DNA from: the human T2T-CHM13v2.0 reference genome, Homo sapiens | NCBI RefSeq assembly: GCF_009914755.1 | Contig: NC_060927.1 | Length of the DNA: 64,000 nucleotides | Reading direction: 5' to 3' (one strand) | Shown: positions 13,654-26,773 of the stretch, one piece after another | Layout: each line of letters begins with the position of its first letter | How positions within the stretch are numbered: position 1 is the stretch's first letter | Translations under genes and position numbers: made by a program | The notes under the pieces: generated by a model | Databases searched by the model: none | Seen by the model: only the letters and a program-made list of their open reading frames with translations | Told to the model about the DNA's origin: nothing

Positions 13654-14841
13654 TAGTCATATGTTGCTTAACAATGGGGATACATTTTGAGAAATGGGTC
13701 GTTAGGCAATTTTGTCATTGTGCCAACATCATAGAATGTACTTAAACCTAGGTAGCATAGCATACTAAACACTGAGGCTATACGATATAGCCTATTGCTC
13801 CTAGGTTACAAACCTGCACAACATGGTTATATATTGAATACCATAGGCAGCTATAACACAATGAAAAACATTTTTCCTATCTAAACATAGAGAAGGTACA
13901 GTAAAAATATGGCGTAAAAGACAAAAAAATGGTATACTTGTACCTGCAGGGCAGTTACCATGAATGAAACTTGTAAGAGTGGGAGTTGTTCTGGGTGAGT
14001 GAGTGGTGAGTGAATGTGAAGGACTAGGACATTACTATACACTTCTGCAGACTTTATAAATACTGTATACTTAGGACACACTAAATGTATTAAAACATTT
14101 TCTTTCTTTAAATTAATCTGAGCTTACTGTAAATTTTTAAACTTTATAAACTCTTTAATTTTTAAAAAAGCCTTTTTACTCTTGTAGTAACACTTAGCTT
14201 AAAAGCCAAGTACATTGTACAACTATATAAGAATATTTTCTTTTTGTATCCTTATTCTATTTTTAAAATCTTTATTTTTACTTTTGCAACTTGTTGTTGT
14301 TAAAAACGAAGACACAAGCACACACATTAGCCTAGGTCTATACAGAGTCAGGATCATCAATATTACTGTCTTCCAACTCCACGCCGTGTATCTCAGGGAG
14401 GTCAGAGGCAATAACATGCACAGAGCTGTCATCTTGTGTGATAACAGTGCCTTCTTCTGAAATGCCTCTTGAAGGACCTGCCTGAGGCTATTTTACAGTT
14501 AACTTTTTCCTCTAATAAGTAGAGAAAGCATACTCTAAAAAAACAGTAAAATATGTAGGGTAGTAAATATATAAACCAGTAATATAGTGGTTTATTATCA
14601 TTACCCAGTATAATGTGCTGTACGTAACTATGTGCTAGACATTTATACAATTGGCAGCACAGTAGGTTTGTTTACACCAGCCTCCCCACAAACATGTGAC
14701 TAATGAATTGTACTAGGACATTCTGATGGCTGCGGTGTCACTAGACAATAGGGATTCTTCAGCTTCATTATAATCTTATGGGACCTCTGTTGTATATGAG
14801 GTCCGTTGTTGACTGAAGTGTTTTAATGCAGTGTGTGACTG
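13654..14841 (+). mobile_element. Tigger3/Golem-family non-autonomous DNA transposon (~1.2 kb, Tigger3b-like)
   Basis: Starts tagtcatatgttgcttaacaatggggatacattttgagaaatg and ends atgcagtgtgtgactg (TIR cagtca...tgactg); internal cctaggttacaaacctgcaca motif. Confidence 0.85.
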
Positions 14842-15573
14842 TCTGTAGATGATCTTGAATAAAATCGTGCTGACATATGGAAACTCTTGGTGGTCTGGGG
14901 AGAGGGATAATGGGAAGCATGGAGTAAACAATGGGATTCTAATTTGGCCTGCTGATTTTCTTGGTTTTGCATCTGCAAATTATATTCTACCTAATTGACT
15001 TACCAACAAAGGGTTTGTTGAGGAGTAATTTGTTTAATGTTTTAAAAATGTTACATAGATGCTAAGTGTTATTACAGATATAGGTTTCTAAGGAAGAACC
15101 AAAAATAAGCCACACTAAAGCTATGTTTTTTGATTCCTGAGCAAAAGCTTTAGTTAAATGTCTCCTGGAAAGTGGCACTTTGCCCCCAACTCAAATGTCA
15201 CTCTTTTCTCCTGTTTTACTCAGGAAAACCTCAAATACATCGTGTGGGTGATACTGAAGGATGTCAGGATCAAAGTGCATTTAAAGTTGCTAAGAGGAAG
15301 CAGATGTTCTTAGCTGGGCAAAAGATTCTCAGAGTTTCCAGTGAAATATAAACTTCTTGAAGGCCCCATGGGATCATGCCTTAAAATGTCGTGCTTTTGT
15401 TTATGCCTCCCATATGCAAAACAGTGGTGAAATGTGTGGTTCTGTGAGAGACAGAGGAAAGTAAATGAGCTAGAAACAATAAGGAACTCTGTACTTCGAA
15501 AAAAATTGGAACGGATGTTATCCTTAAAAAAAAAAAACACTAGAGCAGATAAGAATAGTCATTTCCCTCAATT

Positions 15574-15635
15574 CTGTGTGTGTGTGTGTGTGTATGTGTG
15601 TGTGTGTGTGTGTGTGTGTATATACATATATATAT
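15574..15635. repeat. (TG)n/(TA)n microsatellite
   Basis: Directly visible. Confidence 0.95.
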
Positions 15636-16796
15636 CTTTAAAGATCTATCTCTGAATTACCCTCTTTGGCTGGATTACCAATTAGTTTTCTTCAAGACTT
15701 TCTGCTCTCGCGTATTTCCAAATAGAAGTTTCTTCTTAATTCCCCCATGAATTGTAACTTTTTCACTACAGCTGCTAACCAAGAAATAGTTGCAAAGGAG
15801 AGAATAGTTGGTGGCTTTTAAGCTTGTGCTGAAATCCATATGAAACTAATGCTTTGAAGAATGATGCCAATGCAGATAATTATATTTTCAGCCAGAAAAA
15901 AAGGTAAAAAGACCTGCATTCCTCCCTGATCACAGTGGCATCGAGTAGTTGACCCTATAGAGAAATGCTAAAGAAATGTAATGTTTTGTATATCTTATTT
16001 TCTTAAACTTGAGGACAATGTAAGTCCAGGGAGATGAGATATCATACAAGATTCAAGACCAGCCTAAACATGAGAAGGGAAGCTAGGAAACAACTTGAAC
16101 ATTCTTGGTTCTTGAATTTTTGTAGAATGATGTATCTATTGAGGTCAAAAGTTAGAGTGAAAAACTTGTTTTTTATGTTTACTCTTTCTAGATAAATCAT
16201 TGAAGAATTAATTGGTCAAACTTGAAGTATAATTATAATAATGATTATGGTGTTTAAATACACAAGGTATTTTATTTGCCATATACTTTGTGGAAATTTA
16301 TAAATTTAGGAATAGATTCTGGTGTCATCATTGGGAACTAAGGCAATTATGAATAGGTTTAGAGAAAGAGAGGACTGATCTTCTTTGAAAACCATAGGAT
16401 ATTTATTTATCTTTGAGCTTGTAGGAAGGCCGGCTGGCTTGCATTTTGTGGGGTGGAGGGAGGAAAGTTTATTTAGGATATGCCAAGCAACTACTATACG
16501 TAAGTAATAACAGGTATCTTAGACTAGAAGCAGCTCATCCTAGGAACCAAGTTTTAACCGCATTTCTGTATACAGGCCTGACAGAGAGATGGTAAAGATC
16601 TTTTGCATGGATGAATGCCTGCCTATTACATATGAGGTCACAGGGCAGAATTAATGGCTCATCTTTGAAATAGTGGCTGGTTACTGTCTTGTCTTTTCAC
16701 TTCATCCCAAGAAATTGGATGAATTATTCCACCTTGTCAAGAAGAGTGTCGTAGAGTCATAGAATGTTAGAGTTGGGAGGTACTCTCACTACTTCA

Positions 16797-18150
16797 TTTT
16801 TAAGAAAAATTTAGGTTAGTGTAATGCTGAAGTTTGGGCTTCTATTGATCCCATCTCTCCTATTGAACATAGTTTCCAATAGGAGATTTTTCAGTCCTTT
16901 CATCTCGCATCCTCTACCCCTTTTTGGATTCCCCAGTGTCTATTGTTCCCATCTTTATGTCCATGTGTACACAATATTTAGCTCCCACTTATAAGTGAGA
17001 ACATATGGTATTTGGTTTTTTATTTCTGTGTTAATTCACTTAGGATAATTGCCTCCAGCTGCATCCAGGTTACTGCAAAGGTCATGATTTCATTCTTTTT
17101 CACAGTTGCATAGCATTCCTATTCCATAGTATGTACGTACCAGATTTTCTTCATCCAGCCCACCATTGATGAGGACCCAGTTTGGTTCCATGTCTTTACT
17201 ATTGTGAATAGTGCTGTGATAAACATACAAGACCAGGTGTATTGTTGGTAGAAGGATTTATTTTCTTTTGGTTATGTACCCAGTAATGGGACTGTTGGGT
17301 CAAATGGTAGTTCTAGTTTTTGTTCTTTGAGAAATCTCCAAACTGCTTTCCACAGGGTCTGAACTAGCTTGTATTCCCACCAATAGTGTGCAAGTATTTT
17401 CTGTTCTTCACATCCTTGCCAACATCTGGTATTTTTTGACTTTTTAAGAACAGTCATTCTGACTGGTGTGAGATGGGTATCTCACTGAGGTTTTGATTTG
17501 CATTTCTCTGATGATTGGTGATGTTGAGTGTTTTCTCATATGTTTGTATGTTTGTTGACTGCCTGTAAATCGTCTTTTGAGAAATGTCTGTTTATGTCCT
17601 TTGCCCACTTTTCAATGGGGTGATTTGTTTTTTCTTGCTGATTTGTTTCAGTTGCTTATAGGTTCTGGATATTGGTCCTTTGTCAGATGCATAGTTCACA
17701 AATAGTTTCTCCCATTCAGTAGGTTGTCTGTATGCTCTGTTGATAGCTTCTTTTGCTGTGCAGAAGCTCTTTAGTTTAATTAGGTCCCAATTGTAAATTT
17801 TTGTTTTTGTTGCAATTGCTTTTGAGCACTTAGTCTTTGCCTCAGCTGATGTCCAGAGAGTATTTCCTAGGTTTTCTTCTAGGATTTTTTTGTAGTTTGA
17901 GGTCTTAAATTTGAGTCTTTATTTCATTTTGAGTTAATTTTTGTATATGGTGAGAGGTAGGGGGTCCAGTTTCAATCTTTTGCATATATGGTTAGCCAGT
18001 TTTCCCTGCACCATTTATTGAATAGGGGATCTTTCTTCCATTGCTTGCTTTTGTCAACTTTGTTTAATACCAGTTGATTGTAGGTGTGCAGTTTTATTTC
18101 TGACTTCTCTATTCTGTTCCACTGTTCTCTGTATCTATTTTTATACCAAT
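16797..18150 (-). mobile_element. L1 3' fragment (ORF2 C-terminus plus 3'UTR; old primate L1PA15-17/L1PB-like)
   Basis: ORFs 17272-17457 (RCWQGCE..HYWWEYKLVQTLWKAVWRFLKE..LPFDP) and 17972-18154 (WYKNR..QWNRIE..WKKDPLFNKWC) are L1 ORF2p; 3'UTR gctcccacttataagtgagaacat. Confidence 0.9.
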
Positions 18151-18204
18151 GCAAATTTACTTTGTCTCATAATTTTATAGTGGATCTTAAGGTAATATGT
18201 TTGT

Positions 18205-19194
18205 TAAACAGGCATATGAAAAAGTGCTCAACATCATTGATCATCAGAGAAATGCAAATCAAAACTACAATGAGATATAATCTTACCCCAGTTAAAATGG
18301 CTTATATCTAAATGTCAGGCAATAACAAATGCTGATGAGGATGTGGAGAAAAGAGAACCCTTGTACACTGTTGGTGAGAATGTAAATTAGTACAACCACT
18401 ATGGAGAACACTTTGGAGGTTCCTCAGAATAAAAATTGAGCTGCCATATGACCCAGCAATTCTATTTCTGAGTATATACCCAAAAGAAAGGGAATCAGTA
18501 TATCAAAGAGACATCTGCACTCCTGTGTTTGTTGCTGCACTATTTACAATAGCTAAGACTTGGAAGCAACCTAAGTGTTTATCAACAGATGAATGGATAA
18601 AGAAAATGTGGCATACATATACAATGGAGTGTTATTCAGCCATAAAAAAGAATAAGATCTAGTCATTTGCAACCACATGGATGAAACTGGAGGTCACTAT
18701 GCTAAGTGAAATAAGCGAGGCACAGAAAGACAAACATTGCATGTTCTCACCTATTTGTGGGATCTAAAAATGAAAACAATTGAACTTATGGACATAGAGA
18801 CTAGAAGGATGGTTACCAGAGGCTGGGAAGGATAGTCGGGGACTGTGGGGCAGGTGGGGATGGTTAATGGGTACAAAATAATAGAAAGAATGAATAAGAC
18901 TGCTGTTGTGCTATTTGATAGCACAATAGGGTGACTGTAGTCAATAATAATTGTATATTTTAAAATAACTTGAAGATTTGATTGTTTGTAACTCAAAGGA
19001 TTACAAACAAAAAAGGATTTAAAAAGATCACAAAAAAAGATTGGATTGTTTGTAATTCAAAGTGTAAATGCTTGAAGGGATGGATACCTCATTCTCCATG
19101 ATATGCTTATTAAACATTGCATGCCTGTATCAAAACATTTCACGTATCCCATAAATATATATACCTACTATGTACCTACAAAAATTAAAAATAA
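18205..19194 (+). mobile_element. L1 3' fragment (L1MA1-3-like)
   Basis: [22 protein letters not shown] is the L1 ORF2p C-terminus; 3'UTR ggatggttaccagaggctgggaagg...catgcctgtatcaaaacat...aaaaattaaaaataa. Confidence 0.9.
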
Positions 19195-20820
<1,626 letters not shown>

Positions 20821-21149
20821 AGTGCAAGCTTGCCAAGGAATCAGTATGGGAATTCAGAGAGCACAGAGTTACAGAGAAAGAAGTAAATGTTTTTGAACAG
20901 ATTATGGGGGACAGTAATCACCAGAATGATTCTCACTTTTATGGATTGACACATATATTCTTACTTCTGAAGGAGCTGCATCTAACTTCGGACTTTGGTT
21001 CAAAGCAGATGATGTATAAACCAGCAGCAAGTTCATATCCAGGAGAACTGCTCACTGCAAAGGATTTCGCCTCATGGCTGGTGCCATAATTTTGTCTTTC
21101 ATAGGCTACTCCAAAACTTCTATCATGTTGGTAGATTTCAATGAAGCAG

Positions 21150-22000
21150 AGCCCCAGGTGCCCACTCCTGCCCGACCCCCAATACGAGCCGGCAGTGGTG
21201 CCCACCTTGAACATGCTGAGGTAGAGGCTGCTGGGGCCTGCCTTCCTGCCATTCACCTCCAGGTGCTACGTTACCGTACATCTTGCAGTGGAACTCCACT
21301 TTGCTGTCCAGCACTGCTGTCTGGTTGGCCGGTAGCCCCCATGCAGAATAGACCCATGAGAAGATGTTCTGGGAGTGCAGGTGGGTCTGGGAGCTTCCCT
21401 CCTACCCACACCTGCAAGGTCCAGTGTGTGCATCCTCTGGATGCTACTGAACTTGTGCAGGTGTAGTGGCTGCCATCCAGGGGCACCACGTTCTTCATGA
21501 CCAGGCTCCACTGCAGGTGCCACAGCATGATTCCCTGATTCGATGCTCTCCATGGAACTCCTTGTGCTCTTCAGCTGGAAGATAGAGGGAGTGGGGCTGC
21601 CACACAACGGAAGCAATTAGGGTTGGTGGCCAGCAGAGCAGCTTCTTCACCATCCAGTAGGGCTGAGTCCAGTAAGGGTCCCCTGCTGTATTTTCAGCCT
21701 CGTCCTCCCATCTTCCTTATCTCCCCAGGATGGAGCACCTGTCACACACACATTGACTAGGCACAGCACATGCTAGGTGAGCTGCTGCCAACAGATATTG
21801 GCCTCCTACAGCCTGGTGAAAGGCATTCAGCACCTATAGCTGCTGGGGCCCCCACCGGGATGCAGTCCAGGACACCAGCTTTGCGTCATCATTTTCCCAA
21901 AGAGTGAGTCCCAGGGAACCACCTCTAGGCTAGTGGTAGCTCAGCTATGTGGTGTCTCTGCTGCCAAAGACCAACTGCTCCTGCTGGCTGGGCTTGGGCC
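21150..22000 (-). pseudogene. FGFR3-like semi-processed pseudogene (Ig-I, acid box, Ig-II, first half of Ig-III; one of the FGFR3P copies, number not assignable)
   Basis: Minus-strand translation across frameshifts gives [109 protein letters not shown] and [16 protein letters not shown]. These are colinear with FGFR3 [84 protein letters not shown]. Multiple stops, indels and deletions. Confidence 0.92.
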
Positions 22001-22329
22001 TCACTGTGCATCAACTGGCCAAGCTCACTGCCCACCTAGCCCTCCAGCCTCGGCCTGTGGCCTGTTGGTGAGCTGGAAGTCCCTGTGCACGAGTGAAACT
22101 GACTATTCTATTTTTGTAGGTGAATAAATTAAAGTTCAAAGAAGAGAATTTCTTCTCTTAACATTTTTTAGGTTGTTGTTTATTTTAACAAACACTTACA
22201 TGGAACTTTTCAGTTTACGAAGTGCTTCATTGTTTTTATTTGATCCCTACAACTCTGCAATGTAAATACTGTTGTGATAATAAATCTTTTTCATATATAA
22301 GAAAATTGCAGCTGAGGAAGATGAAGTGA

Positions 22330-22920
22330 ATCATCATTTTTGCCTTCTCCCTTTCACCATCCCTTATATCCACTCAATCCCTAAGTCCAGAGGAGACTAA
22401 ATTTTAAATATTACTTGCCTTTTTTCAAGTTTTGATATCTCCACCACTCCTACTATAGATCAAGTCACCTCACATTTTTCTCTTGATCACAGGAACAGTT
22501 CATTATTGACCCATTTGCTTCCAGGCTTGATCCCAAACCATCTCCAAATATTTTAAAACAAAGGTATGATCACATCACTGCTAAGTTTAAAATCTTCAAT
22601 AATCCCCAGAGTGCTTGTCAATCTATGCAGAGCACATGGGCTAAAAGGCGCCTTCAGATCTGCCTCTGCCTGTGGATTTAGCCTCAGTGCTTACCATTCC
22701 TGTCTGCTTTCTCTTCCTCTACCAAATCCATATCCTCTTTTATATTTTGTAGTTCTTCATGTGTCAGGTCAACTGATAATGGGAGAGCAGAAAAGGGAAC
22801 ATTCCTTTCAACTTCAGGTGGGGAGACTGGATTCACCGAATTCACTTGAATCTCTATTGCCTGGCATAGTGTCAGATATTTGATAGATACTCAACAAAGA
22901 TTTGCTGAATGAATGGATGA
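22330..22920 (+). mobile_element. L2 LINE fragment
   Basis: Ends gcctggcatagtgtcagatatttgatagatactcaacaaagatttgctgaatgaatg; pyrimidine-rich body. Confidence 0.65.
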
Positions 22921-23153
22921 TTGAAATGTGGGCTCCTTTATTTCCATTCAAGGCCAAAGTTGCAGTGCCTCTAATCGAGTTGCAGTGTCTCTATTTGCTG
23001 ATGACCGTGAGGCATGGTTTACTTACCCCAGAATTCTTGACATATAATGATAGAGATGGAGCTTTCATTTAGGGTTTTTTCCCCTCCAAACCTATTCGAA
23101 TACCCGTCAATCACTTTAAACTTTAGATATTGGTTTGGCCATCTCTTGTAGAT

Positions 23154-23666
23154 TGTGTTATTCAGGGTTCTTCAGAGAAATAGAACCAATGGGATGAATA
23201 TATGAAATCCAGGAAGAGATTTCTTATAAGGTATTGGCTCACATGATTGTAAAGGCTATAAGTCCCACTATCTTCTGTCTATGAGCTGCAGACCCAGGTG
23301 TAGTTTGAAGGCCTGAGAGCTAGAAAGTTGATGATATACATTCTAGCATGGCTCCAGAGGTTTGAGAAGCAGAAACACCAAGGGCAGCCGAAGATCAATA
23401 TCCGGGTTCATGCAGTCAGGCAGAGTTAATGCAAACTTTCTCCATTTTTTTTTTTTTTTGTGGTGGTTGTTGTTTTATTGAGGCCCTCAGCAGATTGGAT
23501 AGTACCCACCCACATTGAAGAGGGCGATCTACTTTACTCAGTCCACCAATTTAAATGTCAATCTATTCTAAAAATACCCTCACAGATGCACACAGAAATA
23601 ATGTTTAGCTGGATATCTTGGTGTCCTGTGGCCCAGTTCAGCTGATACAAAAGATTAACCATCACA
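23154..23666 (-). mobile_element. MLT2 (ERVL) solo LTR
   Basis: tgtgttattcagggttcttcagagaaatagaaccaat...attggctcacatgatt...attaaccatcaca; TG..CA ends and exact 5-bp TSD tagat on both sides. Confidence 0.9.
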
Positions 23667-26177
23667 TAGATAACATGTATATCCCTAAATAACTTCACCT
23701 TTTAGGATATTTAATTAATATACTATTAATTTATTAAATTGATGTAAGTTGTGAAGCTTGTACAAATAAGCAGTAGAAAGCCCTTTTTTGTATTTGGCAG
23801 ATGTTAATTTTCTTTTAAGCTTTACTTTTTATATTCAAGTATAAAACATTTTAATGTATGCCTGTTGTTATATTATAGATGAGGATTCCATCTTGTCCAT
23901 TATTTGAGGTGAGAAACGAAGGACAACTTTTTCATTAGCCTTCCTTCTGGTCACATTAACATGGACATTTACCTTTAGCAATAATTACCAAGTTCTATTT
24001 TCTGGCGAGCATATTAAAGGTGTGTTAATAGTTTTCTCCTGTAATCTTTTCTGGAGAGAGGTTTATCAGTTTCTTAATTGACCTCCAATGTGCTTGAAAA
24101 TTAAGAGTAATAAATACATGCAAATTAATGCCTGTTTATATTCAACAGAAGAATCCTCTGAGCTGAACAAATGTTTGGCTTAAACACTGCCCATATCATT
24201 TGTTTCATTTTTTTTTCTGCTCAAAAGCATGAAAAATTTGCATCTGCAATTTATAACTAAGTACTTTTGCCTTGGTGATGTTATACGTTTGGTTTCATTT
24301 TATTTGCCACTAGGTTGGCATTGATAAACACTTTTATTTTTACCTCCAAAATGTTGGCCAGTTATGCTGGGCTTACATATACCTCTTTTGATGGTATTGT
24401 CAAACTAATGAAGGTAAGAGTGGTGGAAAAGAAGAAAGGAGAAGGTACTCTCGGCAGGTTAAGTTGGAGGGCATCACTGCCAGTTGAGTGTAATGCACGG
24501 CTGTTACAATCCTGCATATCAGACTGGGCACTCTTGGTTCCTTAGAAGAATTTTCTTTGACTGGGATGATGATGTGAAGTATAGATGGTGACAAACCTGG
24601 GTGTGGTGCCCACAACTGGTACAGATAGTGTATTTTATCATGTAGCCTGCATTATTTTAACAGAATCTAGGTGTCAAGAAGTGTGGCTCAGTTGTCTTGC
24701 TGAGTACTTGCACAAATGGCACAGAGCTACTATAAGTTCTACTCGTGCCACACTAGTTCCTGAGTTAACTCTGCCAGAACAAAGAAGTATTTTATTATAG
24801 CCATCTCGCCTGCAACTGCCCCCAGGCCGGGTCATGGGCTGAGAATAGAGTGACATCCATATTTGAGGTCTACTGACCTAGCTGTGACTTAGCTATAACA
24901 CTGATCATCCTTGGTGCCTGCTGCACAACCTCTATTCTGTCTACCACCTGCAATAAGTGCTGAATGACTGTGCAACCCATGAATCACAGCACTTCCTACC
25001 ATCCCTTCCTCCACATCATGTCTGGCTGGCTGGCCACTGTTGTCTATCTGTGCAAGTTTGCATTTCTGAATCTGTATTTACTGCCTTAAATCAAGCCAGA
25101 ACCCAACTGTGTTCTACAACATGTCATCAGTCTCAAATACTTACTGGGGTCCTAATGCGTATACATACCCCAGGATGACTGCTGCTGCCTGGGTCTCTCA
25201 CCCCTGTGCCTTTCAAACAGGTGAACACTCAAATAATGGGTCTTGTCCCTTTGGATCTTATCCACCCAGAAAACCTGCAGAGCTTGTTACTGTAATTGGG
25301 TCAGTTACTCTAGACCTTGTTCTGTCTAAATAATTAGGCTATCTTCCAACTCTTTGTAGCCTCCCTCCTCCCATATTCCTAAACATCCATCGTAACTCCT
25401 GCCCAAGTTGCTCTAAATTCTGAAGGCTTTAAAGCCCTACTAATGTGCTTGGTTTGTCCATTGATTTGTAGGTTACAAAAATGTGTCAAATGGATTTGTC
25501 CCTGGAAGGCAGAAAATAATATGTTCTAGAAGCAAGGAGACCTTTGGGAGTTTTAGACAGGAATAAAGGTTTCAATAGCTCATGAACTTTCTAATCACAC
25601 TTTAATGGACATGCTTTTCTTACCTGTCACCGCTTGCTGCCATCAAAACCTCTGTTGTCATTATGTGTCAGAGCTTTAAAAACTCAAGGTTAGCCTCAGA
25701 AGTAGAATCATAGTCCAGACAGATAAATTAAGCTTGGGCCTCCTTGGGTGTGAGAAATAGATAGAACATAAACATCATAGGCTGTCTGAAAAGCCCTCCA
25801 TCTGAATTGGTATAGAGGTTGTCTGAGAAGCAGAGATTTATGCCTGTGTATTATGGACCCTTCTAATGACCCTAGGACAGGAAGGTGACCAGGTGACTGG
25901 ACTGTGGCGTTGTTCTGAGTGGAAAAGTCTCTGAGGAGAGTTCAGGAGATAGGTAATTTGCATCCTGAGATACAAGCACATCACTGCAGAATGTAAGTGA
26001 TCTGGAAGTTTCAGGAGAAAACTGCAGACCAGAGAATATTCCTTTGATTCAGTTCATGTTTATTGAAAGGTGGTCTAGGTTGCATTTTTTTTTCCTTTTG
26101 CTTTCAACTTTGCTGTCAAATTATTGTGCCAAATCAACAGATATAATTTAAAAACTTAAGTGACCTTTTCTAATTCA

Positions 26178-26322
26178 GATTTTCTAAAAGTGAACTCTGA
26201 GAATTATCTGCATCAGTATCCCCTTGGGTACTTGTAAAAATGCAGATCTGTGCCCTATCTGAGGCCCACTGAGAATGTCAAGGGTGGGCCTCGTCTTACG
26301 TACTCTGAAATTGGAAAATAGT
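26178..26322. mobile_element. MER5-like hAT fragment
   Basis: ctgcatcagtatccccttgggtacttgtaaaaatgcagat. Confidence 0.55.
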
Positions 26323-26491
26323 TTTTAAAGGCCATTTAGTTTTGTTCAACCAGGGCAACTTTCTTATCACCGTATATATATAACAAGAGTGGGTTCTGTT
26401 GAGTAATAGGAAGCCTATGATAAAGTTTAAAGCATTATTTGGTTTGGGAAAATGCTTCTACTCTGTGAAAGGTGGGGATGAAATGCACAAG

Positions 26492-26773
26492 TGTTTTTGT
26501 TGTTGTTTTGTTTTTTGTTTGTTTGTTTTTGTTTTATTTTGTTTTGTTTTTGAGACGGAGTTTCACTCTTGTCATCCAGGCTGGAGTGCAGCGGCACGAT
26601 CTTGGCTCACTGCAAGCTCTGCCTCTCGGGTTCAAGTGATTCTCCTGCCTCAGCCTCCTGAGTAGCTGGGAGTGCAGGTGCCCACCACCACGCCAAACTA
26701 ATTTTTTGTATTTTTAGTAGAGATGGGGTTTCACCATGTTGAGCAGGGTGGTCTCGAACTCCTGACCTCAGGT
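26492..26773 (-). mobile_element. Alu (AluS), 5'-truncated, with (GTTT)n-type tail
   Basis: tgagacggagtttcactcttg...tcgaactcctgacctcaggt, then similarity stops. Confidence 0.95.

Noticed and set aside
16797-19194. Single L1 with twin-priming 5' inversion
   Set aside because: Both halves contain their own, different 3'UTRs and overlap in L1 coordinates, so they are two insertions
21074-21616. Functional FGFR3/FGFR gene or a new coding gene from the overlapping ORFs here
   Set aside because: Homology is split over several frames with stops and deletions (VVEN and QPHIQWL missing); there is no signal peptide, transmembrane or kinase part; the plus-strand ORF is just antisense to it
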